Shown piece after piece: positions 11,190-24,172 of a stretch of DNA of 64,000 nucleotides. The stretch covers positions 150,612,721-150,676,720 of the forward strand of contig NC_068981.1 of assembly GCF_001194135.2 (NCBI RefSeq), in the 5' to 3' direction. The notes below the pieces were generated by a model that did not search any database, was not told the origin of the DNA, and saw nothing but the letters and a program-made list of their open reading frames with translations. How positions within the stretch are numbered: the stretch's first letter is position 1; every line of letters begins with the position of its first letter. Source of the stretch: Octopus bimaculoides. Its lineage: Eukaryota. Position numbers and translations under genes: made by a program.

Positions 11190-13810
11190 GTTCTTTGGCC
11201 ACTTTTTAGAAATCTTCAGCTGGAATATGACATATTTTGAGTAAGAAGTATCAGCTGTCTTAAGCAATCAGTTTCATGATGAGACAAGTATAATTTTGCA
11301 TTGTTATTACCAGTTCCAATATGCCATGACAAAACACAGTGAATGGCTTGTTTATGAGTTCAAACATACCGCTGGCATATTTGAACTGGTAATAATATGA
11401 TATTTACATACATCACTGCTTAACACTCCCACCCCATAATTTGTTTACAGCAAGCTGCCAATTAGTGCTACCAGCCGATGTACAATTACTGGAATAACAT
11501 AAGAGAGATTGTCTCTCTTAGCTCACAGCACCACCATCCAGTTTCTGTGACTGGAGAGGAGATAACCACTCCAAAATGCTTGCATCTCACAGTCTGGATA
11601 GGTGGTGCTGTGAGCTGATTTAGGTGTTCTTACACCATTTGTCAACAGCAAGAAATTTTCTCCATGACAAAACATAGTGAATGGCTTGTTTACAAGTCTG
11701 AACGTGCTACCAGCATATTCGAACTAATAATAACATTGCATTTATATTTACATCACTACTTAATGCTCTCACCCAATAAAGTATAATTTCTCCTTCATAC
11801 ATAATCAACAATTAGTCAACAATGAAAAATTGGCAAATTATCAAGTACGTATTGTGAAGATATTTTACAAATAAAATGGCAGACAATGTATATTAAATGT
11901 GAAAATAAAGAAGAATCTTTGAATTGATAAAAGAGAGATGCTGAGTGATGCTGAAGTTGAAAATGATTGCAATAATTTGTCTATGAGAAAAAAGTGAATC
12001 ACATTGTTTATAAATTCTATTGTTGTATTACAATTTTCTGTTACCAAGGTGAGCTAATTAGTACTGAATCAATTGATTCTGATAAGCCAAGTAAAAGGCC
12101 TCTACAAGGCTGCTCAACCTACGGTAAACAGTAGACAAATCGCTCTCAGAAAATATACATCTTTAAAAAAGTAGAAAAAAAAAACAGAATTACAAATTGT
12201 ATAATATATTCATAGATAAATAAGAATGGAGGGTCATGGGTCAAAATAAGTTTGATCATAGATAACCTCAATCAGACATGAACTGTTATTAAACAGAAGC
12301 AAAAATCAATGCTAGAGGTGGTTGCAAAAGAATGATTGTTGTTGCTGCTGTTCTTTAACACCAACATTGTGTCTCCTGATCAAGTAGACACATGGTTCAT
12401 AAACAGTTTGGTTCACTGGTTAGGTGTAATCCACAGATCCACTACTTCAGGATATTACATACATCCACCTAGTGGATGTATGTAATACACTGTGCACTTA
12501 TACATACAGTCTACAGTGATAGTATGTCACTGCTGTTCTTGTTGTTTAGCACCTGGATAGCTCTGACCAAGCAAACCTATGATCAATGGCATTTCAGCTG
12601 TGACCATCCAATCTTTTTTTCATTCTCAAGCAGACTACATTATCCATTGTAGAGAAGAAAAGCCAATAGGGAGGTATTGATTAGAGTAGATCCCAACTTG
12701 CCAGGAAGTGACTACGCACTGTGGTCTCAAAGACATACTGTACGGCACATGTGAAATGCGACATACAGGCTAAAGCAATAAACCTGCAATAGACTACCAT
12801 CAGCCCAGGTATTGCTTGAGCTGCACCTTCATAGTCAGTCCACCTGGCATTGCTCTATCCCACCAGTTTAGCTGTCAAGATCATAGGTCTTTTATCCAAT
12901 GTAGCCTTTTTAAAGGTGTGATTTGAAAACGATTTAGCTGCTGTTTTTTTTAGCAAATCAAACGGCTACACAATTTCCATTGCCTCTAGGTCCCAATCGT
13001 GAGCAAGATAGGCTTGGTCAGCGTGTGACTGGGGCTGTCTTAACAACATTACAGGCCGGTGGGCAAATCAATGCTTTAGCCTCTATAGTATTTATTGAAA
13101 GCAAGTTACAAAATACATACATCAGAATCAGGTCCTTCGATCCATGAGAGCCCCCAGGCAAATCAAATGTACTGAGCCCTATAAAATATATTTTTTGACA
13201 ATATCTAGTGGCAGGCTTCATTAGGGGTGGAAATTACTTCAGCAACAATATGTCCAGATGGTTTAAATTTTAGTATTTTTGTTTTATTCAGTAGGTGCAT
13301 TGTATATGAGACCCGTGTGCAGCATGTGATAATGTGAAGACTGCAGTTTGTTGTGGTTTTATGGGAATAATCAATGATGGGTATAATATATTGTTTGCAC
13401 ACTAGTGTTGTTGCTTCTTTGTATCAACCAAACATCTGTGACAGCACAAGTATGCGAATGCATCATTTGTTTAAATATATATATGTATTTAATCAAATGA
13501 ATAATAACATACAACGGATAATTGTCAGCTCATTACAACTGTTTCTTATGTAGCATTTGAATAGAAGAATGAGAACATTACATCATTATAAAAGACCGTA
13601 ATCATTAGATGAGAAGTAATTTTACAAAACAAAAGAATAAATGAATCAAATGTAAAGGTGGAGTTAAAATAAAAATAAAAGCGTACAAACCAATCTGGTA
13701 TAGGAATCTCTAGATAATGGTAAATGACCAGGGGAAGGGGACAAAGAAACACAGAAATTCAGTGGATGTTGGTTGAAAGTAATGGGGGTTATGAAGGCCA
13801 TATATATACA

Positions 13811-14221
13811 GGCGCCAGAATGGGTGGAGTAAGAAGTTCACTTCCAAGCCACATGGTTCCATATTCAGTTCCACTGCATGGCACTTTGGGCAAGTGTCTT
13901 CTACTATAGCCTTGGATCGAGCAAAGCCTCATGAAGTTATTTGGTAGATGGAAGCAGAAAGATGCCTATCATATGTGTGTGTGTGTGTGTGTGTGTGTGA
14001 ATTTGTGTCCCTGTTTGTTCCTCATCACTGCTTGACTAACTGGTGTTGGTGTGTTTACATCCACGTAACTAAGCGGTTAGGCAAAAGAGACTGGCAGGAT
14101 AAGTACCAGGCTTGAAAGAGAAAAAAATAAGTAGTGGATGCAATTCAATCGACTAGAATTCTTCAAGGTGATGCCCCAGCATCACCACAGTTTAATGACT
14201 GAAACAAGTAAAAGATAAAAG

Positions 14222-14222
<1 letters not shown>
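13811..14222 (+). mobile_element. tRNA-derived SINE family A (older copy)
   Basis: Colinear with 14974-15390, including the internal (TG)n and the 3' end AATGACTGAAACAAGTAAAAGA. Confidence 0.75.
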
Positions 14223-14316
<94 letters not shown>

Positions 14317-14938
14317 CATCATCAACATTTTATGTTCATTTTCGATATTGGTATGGGCTGGATAGTTCAAGAGGATCTAGATTTGGTAGGCTTCTAAAAC
14401 TTGATGCCATTCCTAACACCAACCGTTTTATAAACTGTGTTGGGTGCATTGTAAAGATTATCTTGCTTTCAGCAACATTAAAAAGCCCTTCCAAGCCCTA
14501 CTTCATCACTACTTGATTCAATTTATCAACCAATTGGAAAGTGTATTAGAAACCCTTTTTCATGGCACCAGCACTGGTAGGGTTGCCTTGTAGTTTGCAA
14601 GGCAAATGAGATTCCTTGACTGAAAAAGTGGAAGTTAAAGTATGATGGGAGAAACAAATTTATTGTTGTGGAAGGATGGCAATGGAAAAGAGTAGCAGAG
14701 GATATTGAGTTATGAGGAATAATTAAGGAGACATGGAGAAGACAGAGGAAGGAGGAAAAAATCTCAAAGATTAATGTAAAAGAGAAGTAGCAGAATAAGT
14801 GTAAAGGATAATGGGGTGGCTTAAAACTACTTGAGTAGTAATTCTTTGTTTCATATTTCTGGTCATTCAAATTATGTCAAATCAGTTCTCCATGTACTGT
14901 TTCCTAATTATATTTCGGTATGTTTGTGAGTATTTTTT

Positions 14939-14973
<35 letters not shown>

Positions 14974-14975
<2 letters not shown>

Positions 14976-15390
14976 CGCAGGAGTGGCTGTATGGTAAGTA
15001 GCTTGCTTACCAACCACATGGTTCTGGGTTCGTTCCCACTGTGTGGCACTTTGAGCAAGTGTCTTCTACTATAGTCTCAGGTCGACCAAAGCCTTGTGAG
15101 TGGATTTGGTAGACGGAAACTGAAAGAAGCCCGTCGTATATATGTATATATATGTGTGTGTGTGTGTGTGTATGCTCGTGTGTCTCTGTTTGTCCCCACC
15201 AACATCGCTTGACAACCGATGCTGGTGTGTTTATGTCCCCGTAACTTAGCGGTTCGGCAAAAGAGACCAATAGAATAAGTACTAGGCTTCCAAAGAATAA
15301 GTCCTGGGGTCGATTTGTTCGAATAAAGGCGGTGCTCCAGCATGGCCGCAGTCAAATGACTGAAACAACTAAAAGAGTAAAAGTAAAAGA
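14974..15390 (+). mobile_element. tRNA-derived SINE family A, near full length and relatively young
   Basis: GGCGCAGGAGTGGCTGTATGGTAAG head, GGGTTCGTTCCC B-box, CpGs retained, internal (TA)(TG) microsatellite; further copies in the window. Confidence 0.85.
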
Positions 15391-15839
15391 ATATAGTAAA
15401 TCAGTACTTATGCCTTTGTCTTTAGATGATGTTTCAGTGTTTATGTTTGCAAGATGGCTTCAGTGCTTAGCATTTTTTTCTTATGATGAGGCCATAAAAA
15501 CTGAAACAATCTTTCAAATAATAGGATATAAATAAATAAGCATAAAATATTCTATCGTTCACAGCACTGAATCTGTTATTTAGATCTTTCATTCAATTTT
15601 CTTTGTTAACACATCTAAATATATATATGTGTGTGTATTTGAATTACATATATTTATGCATCTGTGTGTGTGTAGTGTGTATTTGTGCACACAGACATAT
15701 AAACACCAACACTTATAAAGCTTCTAGAGGTAGTTGATATCACGTTTCATAAGTGACCTAATTAGCATTAAAGGTGGGTGTTTCAAAAAGATCTGCCAGT
15801 GTAAGGAAGAGGTAAAAATATTTAGAAACAATTACTTCT

Positions 15840-16330
15840 GATGGTCACAAAGGAATTCTTTCTCGAAGTGTGGGATAGATTGTGTGGTGTATGTGTGTAT
15901 AAAGTCTGATATTGCATGGTAGCAAAAAAACTGGTATTGAATGCATAGGAAGTGCAAACGCTGGAAGGAAATTGGGCAAGTATGCTCTACTGGAGGCATA
16001 ATGGTAGGGTATGTGAACAATGAAGCACAATGAGCCAAGAGAAAAGCTGAGTATATGAGAAATCAGATGCAATGTGCAAGAAAGGAGACTGTGGTGGTAT
16101 GGACATGTGATGCATGTGGAGAATGATAGCTGGATAAAGTGGAAGGAAGTTGCAGAAGAAGAAGAGTAAGGAAGACATGAGAATAAGTGATGAAAGCTGA
16201 TCTCAGACGGCTGAACCTTATGAAGGTGTTGATAAAGGATTGCAACAAATAAATGTTGAGATGCAATACTGATAAGACCTGTTTCACCTGTGTAAGCATA
16301 GAAAGTTATATGCAATATGGCAGTGACAAG
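15840..16330 (+). mobile_element. Degraded RTE LINE ORF 3' end
   Basis: Translates to ERRLWWYGHVMHVENDSWIK-like RTE motif. Confidence 0.65.
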
Positions 16331-16349
16331 GATGATGATGTGATGATAG

Positions 16350-16386
<37 letters not shown>

Positions 16387-16420
16387 AAAAATGGGCATTA
16401 AAAGGATGATGATGAGATAT

Positions 16421-16447
16421 NNNNNNNNNNNNNNNNNNNNNNNNNNN
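16421..16447. other. Assembly gap (27 N) in a (TA)n tract
   Basis: N run. Confidence 1.
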
Positions 16448-16499
16448 ATATATATATATATATATAGCCATCACTTGCAATTGTGTATGACTTGCTGGT

Positions 16500-17560
16500 A
16501 ATAATAGATTTAGGTGTCCATGTAGTCATGAGCAAAAATCATTGTTGCTTAGAACTGCAAGAGTTCTCTGCAGGGTTCTTGAAGCATGATCAGTAAACAA
16601 GTGTCGCCTTAGTCTGCTGGTTGTAGACAGCTGACACTTTCCATCATACCCAACAAAATAAGCTGAGAGTTTTCATCAAATAATAACTGGAAAGGAATTA
16701 GAATTGACATGAGGGCAGAGCAAATGGAGCCCACACACATTTACCTTCTAGGTGGCACAACTTGTGCATCAAAAGTCATGACATGCCTAAGTCACTAAGA
16801 GGGGTCTGGCAGTAGATCCACTGCTTGAGCATTGGAACACATCCCTTCCACAAGAAAATAAATAAGAGATGCTCCAACTTAATCAAGCAGTAGCTGGGGC
16901 AAGGCATTATGGTCGGGCAATAAATGATGACAGAGGCAATGTAGGCATTTGCCACCTCTGCCCGACCTTTCAGGGACAACTTCCTCTCAGCCCATTTCTG
17001 GGAAAGACTGTCTACCCTGTTTGTCACCTTGTCCCAATACTTATCCACCTGGTGGTCAAGACCAAACCAGACCCGAAGCATTTTAACTGGTTTGTCAGTC
17101 CAGTGTCTGATGACATCATCCAACAGCAGCAATCTCCTTCTCCAGGTGCCCAGTCACAATCCCACTGACTTGTCGGCATTGATTTTGGCCCCACTGACTT
17201 GTCGGCATTGATTTTGGCCCCTGCAACTGACTCATATTCTTTTACAAAGGAACTGACCATCTCCACTTTGAAGGCATCCAACACCATGACAGTGATGTCA
17301 TTGCTCTCCCGAGTCCAATTTTGAAAAGGATGCCTCTTAACTGCTCCAACTTCTGTAGCAGTGGCTCAAGAGCCAACACATATAGAAGAGGTGACAGTGA
17401 ACAGTCCTGATGGACCAAACATGTAATGTTCCAATAGGTGGCCATTTACTTTGACCACCAAGCAGATGCTGCTGCACATTGCAGTAGGTCTGAAACCATC
17501 TGCTTTAAAGACGGCTTCCAAGTAGTGATGGTCAACCCTATCAAAAGTTTTCAACTGATC
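16500..17560 (-). mobile_element. Tx1/L1-clade LINE reverse transcriptase remnant
   Basis: KTFDRVDHHYL, QDCSLSPLLYVLALEPLL, YESVAGAKINADKS, LSQKWAERKLSLKGRAEVANAYIAS, LFIFLWKG spread over several frames. Confidence 0.85.
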
Positions 17561-17562
17561 TA

Positions 17563-17596
<34 letters not shown>

Positions 17597-18143
17597 TGCC
17601 TTGATGCAATACTAGGCACTGGTTCTCAAGGCTTCTGATCTTAACTGATTGGAAGTGTATCTTGTATATTCTTTATCTTGGTGTAAAAGATGAGCTAAAG
17701 CATATATCCTGCTCAATAACACAAATTTGCTTGTCAGTTGTTTGACTTTAACCAGTTGAGTATGTCCCTTGGTGGCTGATGATATGTGCATCTTTGACCA
17801 CAAATAATAGTTGGGGAGCACCATAATCATGTGCTGAGAGAAATTCTTTGGAGTTTAAATAATTCACCTTTGTAAACATGGGTATTTCATTCATCATCTT
17901 TAAACAACCCTAATTCAGGGACCTTTTGAGCAGGATGGGCTATTTGACTTGAAGAAAGTTTTAACTGGACCCCACTTCCAAGGTCATACACTGTTTATCT
18001 TGATATGAGATCATCATGACATGCACATCTGTTTGTGATACCTGGTGTGCCCTTGTTAGACAGGTAATCATGATGGCCATATTGGGCTTCGTGTATTTGT
18101 ACCCCAGAGTCAGTTTGATGGTATGTGCTGCTCTCTCACTCAA
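17597..18143 (+). repeat. Interspersed repeat of unclear class flanked by (AAT)n
   Basis: Higher-GC block ending CTCTCTCACTCAATAAT; recalled as an abundant octopus repeat, only one copy seen in this window. Confidence 0.4.
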
Positions 18144-20114
18144 TAATATTTATAACTGTGTTTTCTATTATAGGCAAAGGGTCAAATCTTTTCAGAGATG
18201 GGTGAAGTCAATTTGTAATTGCCTCCAGTATTTCTACATTATTCTACATTATTTTAGTCTTGAAGGAATGAACACTTTTTATCTGCTGCTTTATAGATTC
18301 TGCCATGATAAAAAAAAAAAAAAAAAAATTAACCAACACACTAACATATTTGCCCATTTTCCCTTTGTCTTTGTCCAGTGTGTTTATAACAATTTTGGTA
18401 ATGGGACCTGTGTCCAGTACTAGGTGTAAAATCCAAAGCAGGCACTTTATATATGCCAGTCAAGACAAGCAAAATCCAAATTCTGTCATGTATGTTTAAG
18501 CATGACAGTCGTTCTGTGTGGGAATTTTGTTGTTGCTGCTGTTTGTTTCTGGTTTTTGAATGCATTCTTTGGATCCTGTATAGTCTGGGGCTAAACAACA
18601 AAATGAGCCAGTTTTGTATTGGCATTGACCATTTGTAATCTAAAAGTTTAGAACAAAGCTGCCTACTCCAAATGAGTGACTTTCACCACTTCCCCACCAC
18701 ACGTCATTGAAAAAGCTTCTATATGGTTGCTTGATCAGTCAGAAAGAGCAGGCAGATTTATTTTCAAGCCTATTCTCCATAGCAAGTGAGATTAAAGCAT
18801 AGAAAATTTCATATTAAACAAACTGCTAGTAAGAGATTTGAATATGACAGCCCAATGCCATAATCACTAGTCTTGATTGCTTCTATGCAAATATATGCAT
18901 GCACACACACACACACACACACACACTTTTATTTACTAAAACACAGACATATATATTCCACAAATTCAGAGATTTTTGAAATCTTTAAAAACAGAAAATA
19001 AAGAGTCTAACAAACAAACATTTCTTTTTTTTTTTTTTTTGGTCACATTTACAAATTTTTCTTCTGCATATTTCAGACACATACTTCCTTCCAACTATAC
19101 ACATATACAAATACACACACACACAAAATTTTTAAAACACTCCATCCATTAAGTAACAGTAGACAGACAAGAAAGACAGTCAGTCCATCTGATAAGGTTG
19201 GCAAACAATAATAGTAACATGCAATAAAAATAGCTTAATAATACGTTAGTTCAGGCAAATGGTAAATTGAAGAAAAGTGACTAAGTCTGGTGGAAATAAA
19301 ACTGCAAAATTGATTGATTGTAAAATAAGGAAAACAAATAGAAACAAAGCAACTATGAAGTCAGTAAAATTCTTAATTTGGATGTCTGGGACAAGAGAGA
19401 ACGATATATTGATTTTTTTTCTTTTTTTTGCTTTTTCTTTAATTTGTTTTTTTGCGAGAGTTAAATCTGGAATGGTGCCTCAAGGTGAAGAAGAGTAAAT
19501 ATCTTTTAGCTTCGGTTTGTTTGTTTTTCATTTTTTTTATATAGTTTTTCTGGTAAAATTAATGGTTAAAACAGAGGAATGGATTTCTTTAATATTTATT
19601 CATTCGTTCATTCAATGTATATACATCTACTTTTTTCAATACTAACTATAATTGATTTTCTTTTAATTTAGGCCACTGTTTCACATTTGTTGTCAATTGT
19701 TTTATTGGGTTTTTTTTTTTCCTAACTAGACATCTTTCTTGTTGCTAACCATTCAAGCTTCAAATAGTAACGGAATTTCATTCTCAGTCAAGCAGACTGT
19801 GGAAAGTAGAATTATAAGCCATGCCTTGGAGTTGAATATGATGGATGTAACAAGATCTGATTGAGTTGTTGACTGATCTATAATGGTCCAGTAACTTAAA
19901 CTGCAAAAGTAATTCATACTTACTGACATTTTTATCAAATTTTGTGAACAAAACATCATTGGTTATGTGTTTCCAATACACTAGTAACTGGTTCTCAGCA
20001 TTTATGGTGGTGAAAGTGACAAGTGACAAGGAAGTGTCTGCAAAACTTGGACTGAAAGATGTGAAAGTTTGCCACTTCCATAGTTTACTTGCTTCTAAAA
20101 GTTCAAGAGCAGTA

Positions 20115-20315
20115 TATGATAGGGTACTGAAAAGTTCCTCACTTAAGGGTATCGCAAAAGGTCCAGTTGGAGACATAACCTTATGAATCCTTTTACTGGG
20201 CTTAGAAAAACTGAAGGATCACCGCAAAAAGTGTGTGAATCTGAGAATGGAATATGTTGAATAAAATCATGATTAACTGATCCTCCTGTATTTTCTGTTA
20301 CCGAAAGCCAGGAAC
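20115..20315 (+). mobile_element. Mariner-derived MITE (3' end clipped)
   Basis: TATGATAGGGTACTGAAAAGTTCC...AAAGCCAGGAAC; colinear with 27726-27935. Confidence 0.7.
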
Positions 20316-21284
20316 AGAAAAGTCTCTGGCATTGGGTAAAATAATGACTCTCCTCATAGGTCACTATTCTCCAATCACTCAAATGATTGTCCTTCAATGA
20401 AGAGCCCTTATAATCTGAAATGGACTATGGTCATCTTGCCACACAGATGTATGTATCCATCACCATTAGAACCCGTGATAAAAAAGCAATGCAGCAGTAA
20501 TTTTAGTGGAAAAAGTCATACTCAATAAAAATTGACAGCCATCACATTATGGAGTTCCATTCAGTTTTTACCAAATTTACTCACAAGACATTGATTAATA
20601 TGAGGCTGTGGTAGAAAACACTTGCCCAAGATGTTTTTCAGAGGGAACAAAGCTAAAACCATGTAGTTGCAAAAGAAATGGAACCATGTTTGCACCCATC
20701 AATTTAAATGCAAAAATTATAGCTTGGATATCATTGTCATGCTTCAAGATATACTTTTCAAATGATGTATACTTATTTCCCAAGCCATACTTTTACTCAA
20801 CCACTTTTTCTCTCCTCAACTTCAAATTCCTATTTACTTTGTTAAATTCTTCACCCTTAAAGATGGATATATTTCTAGTTGAACCTAGTATATTCAAATA
20901 TATTTCATTCATATCTCTCATCCTTTATTTCTAATTCATCTCTGCAATTCTGGGCTACAATATTCTAAGTTTGATCCAAAAAGTGACGGTTGTATATGTG
21001 TAAAATTTATTCTCACTTCAACCCAATTCCCTTTTCTTATCTGGATCCCAGCCATAAAGGCTTCCAGTCTTTTAAGCTCACAGTTCCTTTAAATCCATCA
21101 ACTTCTTAAACTCATCTAATCTTCCATCAGCTATATGACTATCTCACCAACAGTATTAAAAACCAATCTCACAACCTGTCTCTTTAAAGTCTACTTCAAT
21201 GCAGAAAACTTTGCCTGACTCTTACACTCTCCCACTAACAAAAATGTAAAGAGTGACACAGAAATATTAGTTTTGTGAACTCAC

Positions 21285-21344
21285 CATCAATGCTGGAACT
21301 CCAGACAAACTGCCTCTTTCATATGAATAATTTGTATCCATTGT
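21285..21344 (-). CDS. Candidate 60-nt internal exon (TMDTNYSYERGSLSGVPALM in phase 0)
   Basis: Acceptor ttattttacag, donor ATG|gtgagt, open frame, length 3n, GC above flanks. Confidence 0.5.
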
Positions 21345-23949
21345 CTGTAAAATAATATTTAAGGTAAGAAATAAAAATAAATTGTCAATAAAAGGAATGT
21401 ATTTCAACATAAAAATTCAAATGATAATCTTAAAGAGAGAAAAATAAAACATTTTTTTACATGACAAACCTTATAGAATAAATAAATAACTAAATAAATA
21501 AATAAAAACATTCATATTTAACAAAAGAATTCATTATTGAAAGATTATTCCAATAAAAAGTAAAGATTACTATTTCTATTTATATTTTTATTCAAATAGA
21601 ATATTACATAATAATACCTAGCAATCAGATCAAAATATTAAGGTAGCAATTCAAAAATTTAAGCATTATCTTCAAAATGTTTAAATTATTAAATGTTAAG
21701 TGCTTTGAACAAAATTTCTAGTTTATATAAAGAGGGTCTGTAATGACATCTGACATATTAATGGAGTAAAGCAGAATTTACCCAAGTAAGTATTTTCATC
21801 CAGTATTATAAATATTACTCAACAAGTGTCTTTACAAACATAAATATACCTCAATGAGCAGTGGCTAAGGATACCAAGCTTAAATATTAAGAAATTTCAG
21901 TCAATGTAGTCAAAAACTTTTAAATGTTTGCACTGCTCATCTGAATAATTAACCCTGTAAAAGTAAGAATATGAAATGCTAACATGAAATTAAGAACATT
22001 TAAATTTAATCAAAATGAACCATCAATTTTTTTTTTTTTTTACATATCTTAAAAAACAATCTGTCCATGAAAAATCACATTTGCAATCCAACTCTTTCAA
22101 AATATAATTACATGATGCATAAAAGGTTCTTGAAAAAGACCAGATTAGTAAAATGCTGAAAAAGGAAAATATCTGGAATTTGAATCTTGAGGATGCATTT
22201 CTCCGAGCAGATAATGTGCTTTTGAGAATGATTCTAGTTGGATAGAAACATGAACAAACCTCCTTTTTCATCAAAACAAAACTTCTTTGTAAATATGTAG
22301 TTGAAACTGAAAGCCCAAAGCAAATTAATTTGTCTTCTTTTTTCTTTTAATACAGAAAATGATAACTAAAAATAGATTATTATTTATGGAAAAAAATTTT
22401 TATGCATTGAAATGAGTCCAAGATTGGGTGTTAGATGTCTTCATCTAAAACTCATATAAATGAATGACTACTTTCCCTAATTAAACTTTCATTATTTTAT
22501 GCCAATATGGTTGAAATTATAATAATTATTTCAAAATCCCAAAGTTAGTTTTCATTATCTCAAAATATCCAAGAGAAATAGCTCTTAATTTCATAAACAA
22601 AAACTTCTTAGCTGATAATTTGTATGAAGTAAATGAAGATGAAACAACAGTATTCGAATATTTGCAAGGTTTCTAGTATTTGACTGGTCCAAGTTAAAAT
22701 GCTGCTGAGATAGATTTTGCTTTTATTTCCCTTGAGGTAAATAAAAATGAAATATAAAATGAAGACCAGCATCAATTTAGAATGCCTCATCCTCTTCAAA
22801 GGGGCTTTGTGCCAAGAGAAAAAGAAATCAATATCTGAAAGATGCCATCAGTTATTCTATATATTCATCTACCAAATTAGAAATTTGTTAAATTTAACAG
22901 AAGACAAGCAGAGAAACCCACAGAGAATTGCTGTCATTTTAGGAGCTGTTCAAGAGAAGATGGACATGTTTACATCATCTTGCAGTAGAACTCATATCCT
23001 CCCATGGGTCAAGAACAGACAATGGAAAATCTCCTTTACTGCATCTTTCCATGAACCACTACCTAAAAATGAAGTCTTCAATATACCCTCAATGTTGTAA
23101 GATGTTGTAGGACGATTGATAAATGACAAGCAACAGATTATATTGATTATTTGTGTGGAAAGCACATAGAATCAGAAAGATAAAAGACATAGCAATTATC
23201 AAATAAACAAACTTAGGACATATCTTAACACAGGCTTTTGAAAGATTTCCATTTTCGTTTGGAAAAGCCAAACTAGCTTAACAGTATTTTATCATTTGAG
23301 AATTCAGATGGTCGCTCCTTATAAGGCCTTATGATGTAGGCATCTGAGGACTATCCCCATGACCTTCTCAGGAATATAGGGCAATGAAAACAGATGGATA
23401 AATAGATAGATAGAAGGATGAAAGCATTTAGAATTTGACTATTAGAAATATTCTCTTTCCACAATAGATAAAATGATGTAATAAAGTGATATATTTTGGT
23501 AGAAATTCAAATATTTCAATACTTAATTTAAAAATTTTAATTTCCACCGTTAATAACAGACACAACTATAATTATTTCTGACACAAGAACGATGTCTGAA
23601 AGTTACAAGAAGGGAGTTAATCAATTACATCCACCCCAATACTTAACTGGTACTTTGGTTTATCAACTGTAAATGGATAAAAGGGAAAAAGAGCCCTTCT
23701 AAGGGCTCTTTGAACTCAGAAGGTAAAGAGCTGGAACAAATACTTAATGACTCAAACATCCACTGCTCTTTAGAGTGCCAGATTTGTGGTATTCAGTTTC
23801 AGCCTTTTAGATTTTGTGTTCAAATTCTGCCACAGTCAAATTTACCTTTTCTTCTTACGAGGTCAATAAAATGAAGTACAGGGTTCAATATAAGTAACTG
23901 TTCTATTGAACAAAATTTTTTGCATTGTGCCTAAGTAAGAAATTAATAA

Positions 23950-24082
23950 TAATAATCCTTTCTACTATAGGCACAAGGCCTGAAATTTAGAGGAGGGGTA
24001 GTCAATTACATTGCTCCCAGGGTTCAACTGGTACTTATTTCATTCAACCCTGAAAGGACGAAAGGCAAAGTCAACCTTGGTG

Positions 24083-24090
<8 letters not shown>
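23950..24090 (-). mobile_element. SINE family B 3' part
   Basis: Reverse complement of the family B 3' half, between (AAT)n tracts. Confidence 0.65.
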
Positions 24091-24114
<24 letters not shown>

Positions 24115-24172
24115 GAGTCAAACATAAAAGTTATCCCTATTATCATTGGAGCAGTGGGCTCAATACCACCAC

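Noticed and set aside
11040-11250. Possible terminal exon with a poly-Lys run and downstream AATAAA signals (minus strand)
   Set aside because: The Lys run is simply a poly(A/T) tract, and AATAAA is ubiquitous at this AT content.
15845-16480. 211-aa minus-strand ORF
   Set aside because: Antisense of a degraded RTE plus microsatellites and Ns.
19784-20176. 130-aa minus-strand ORF with a strong GTAAGT donor at 19923
   Set aside because: Its 5' part is a mariner MITE (20115 onward). A 114-nt exon (19924-20037) is possible, but the peptide is not recognisable and its phase is unsupported, so it is not called.
22100-23100. Plus-strand protein-like strings (LEDAFLRADNVLL; 117-aa ORF at 22747-23100)
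   Set aside because: Flanked by in-frame stops with weak splice sites; the resemblance to a PP2C helix is too short to support.
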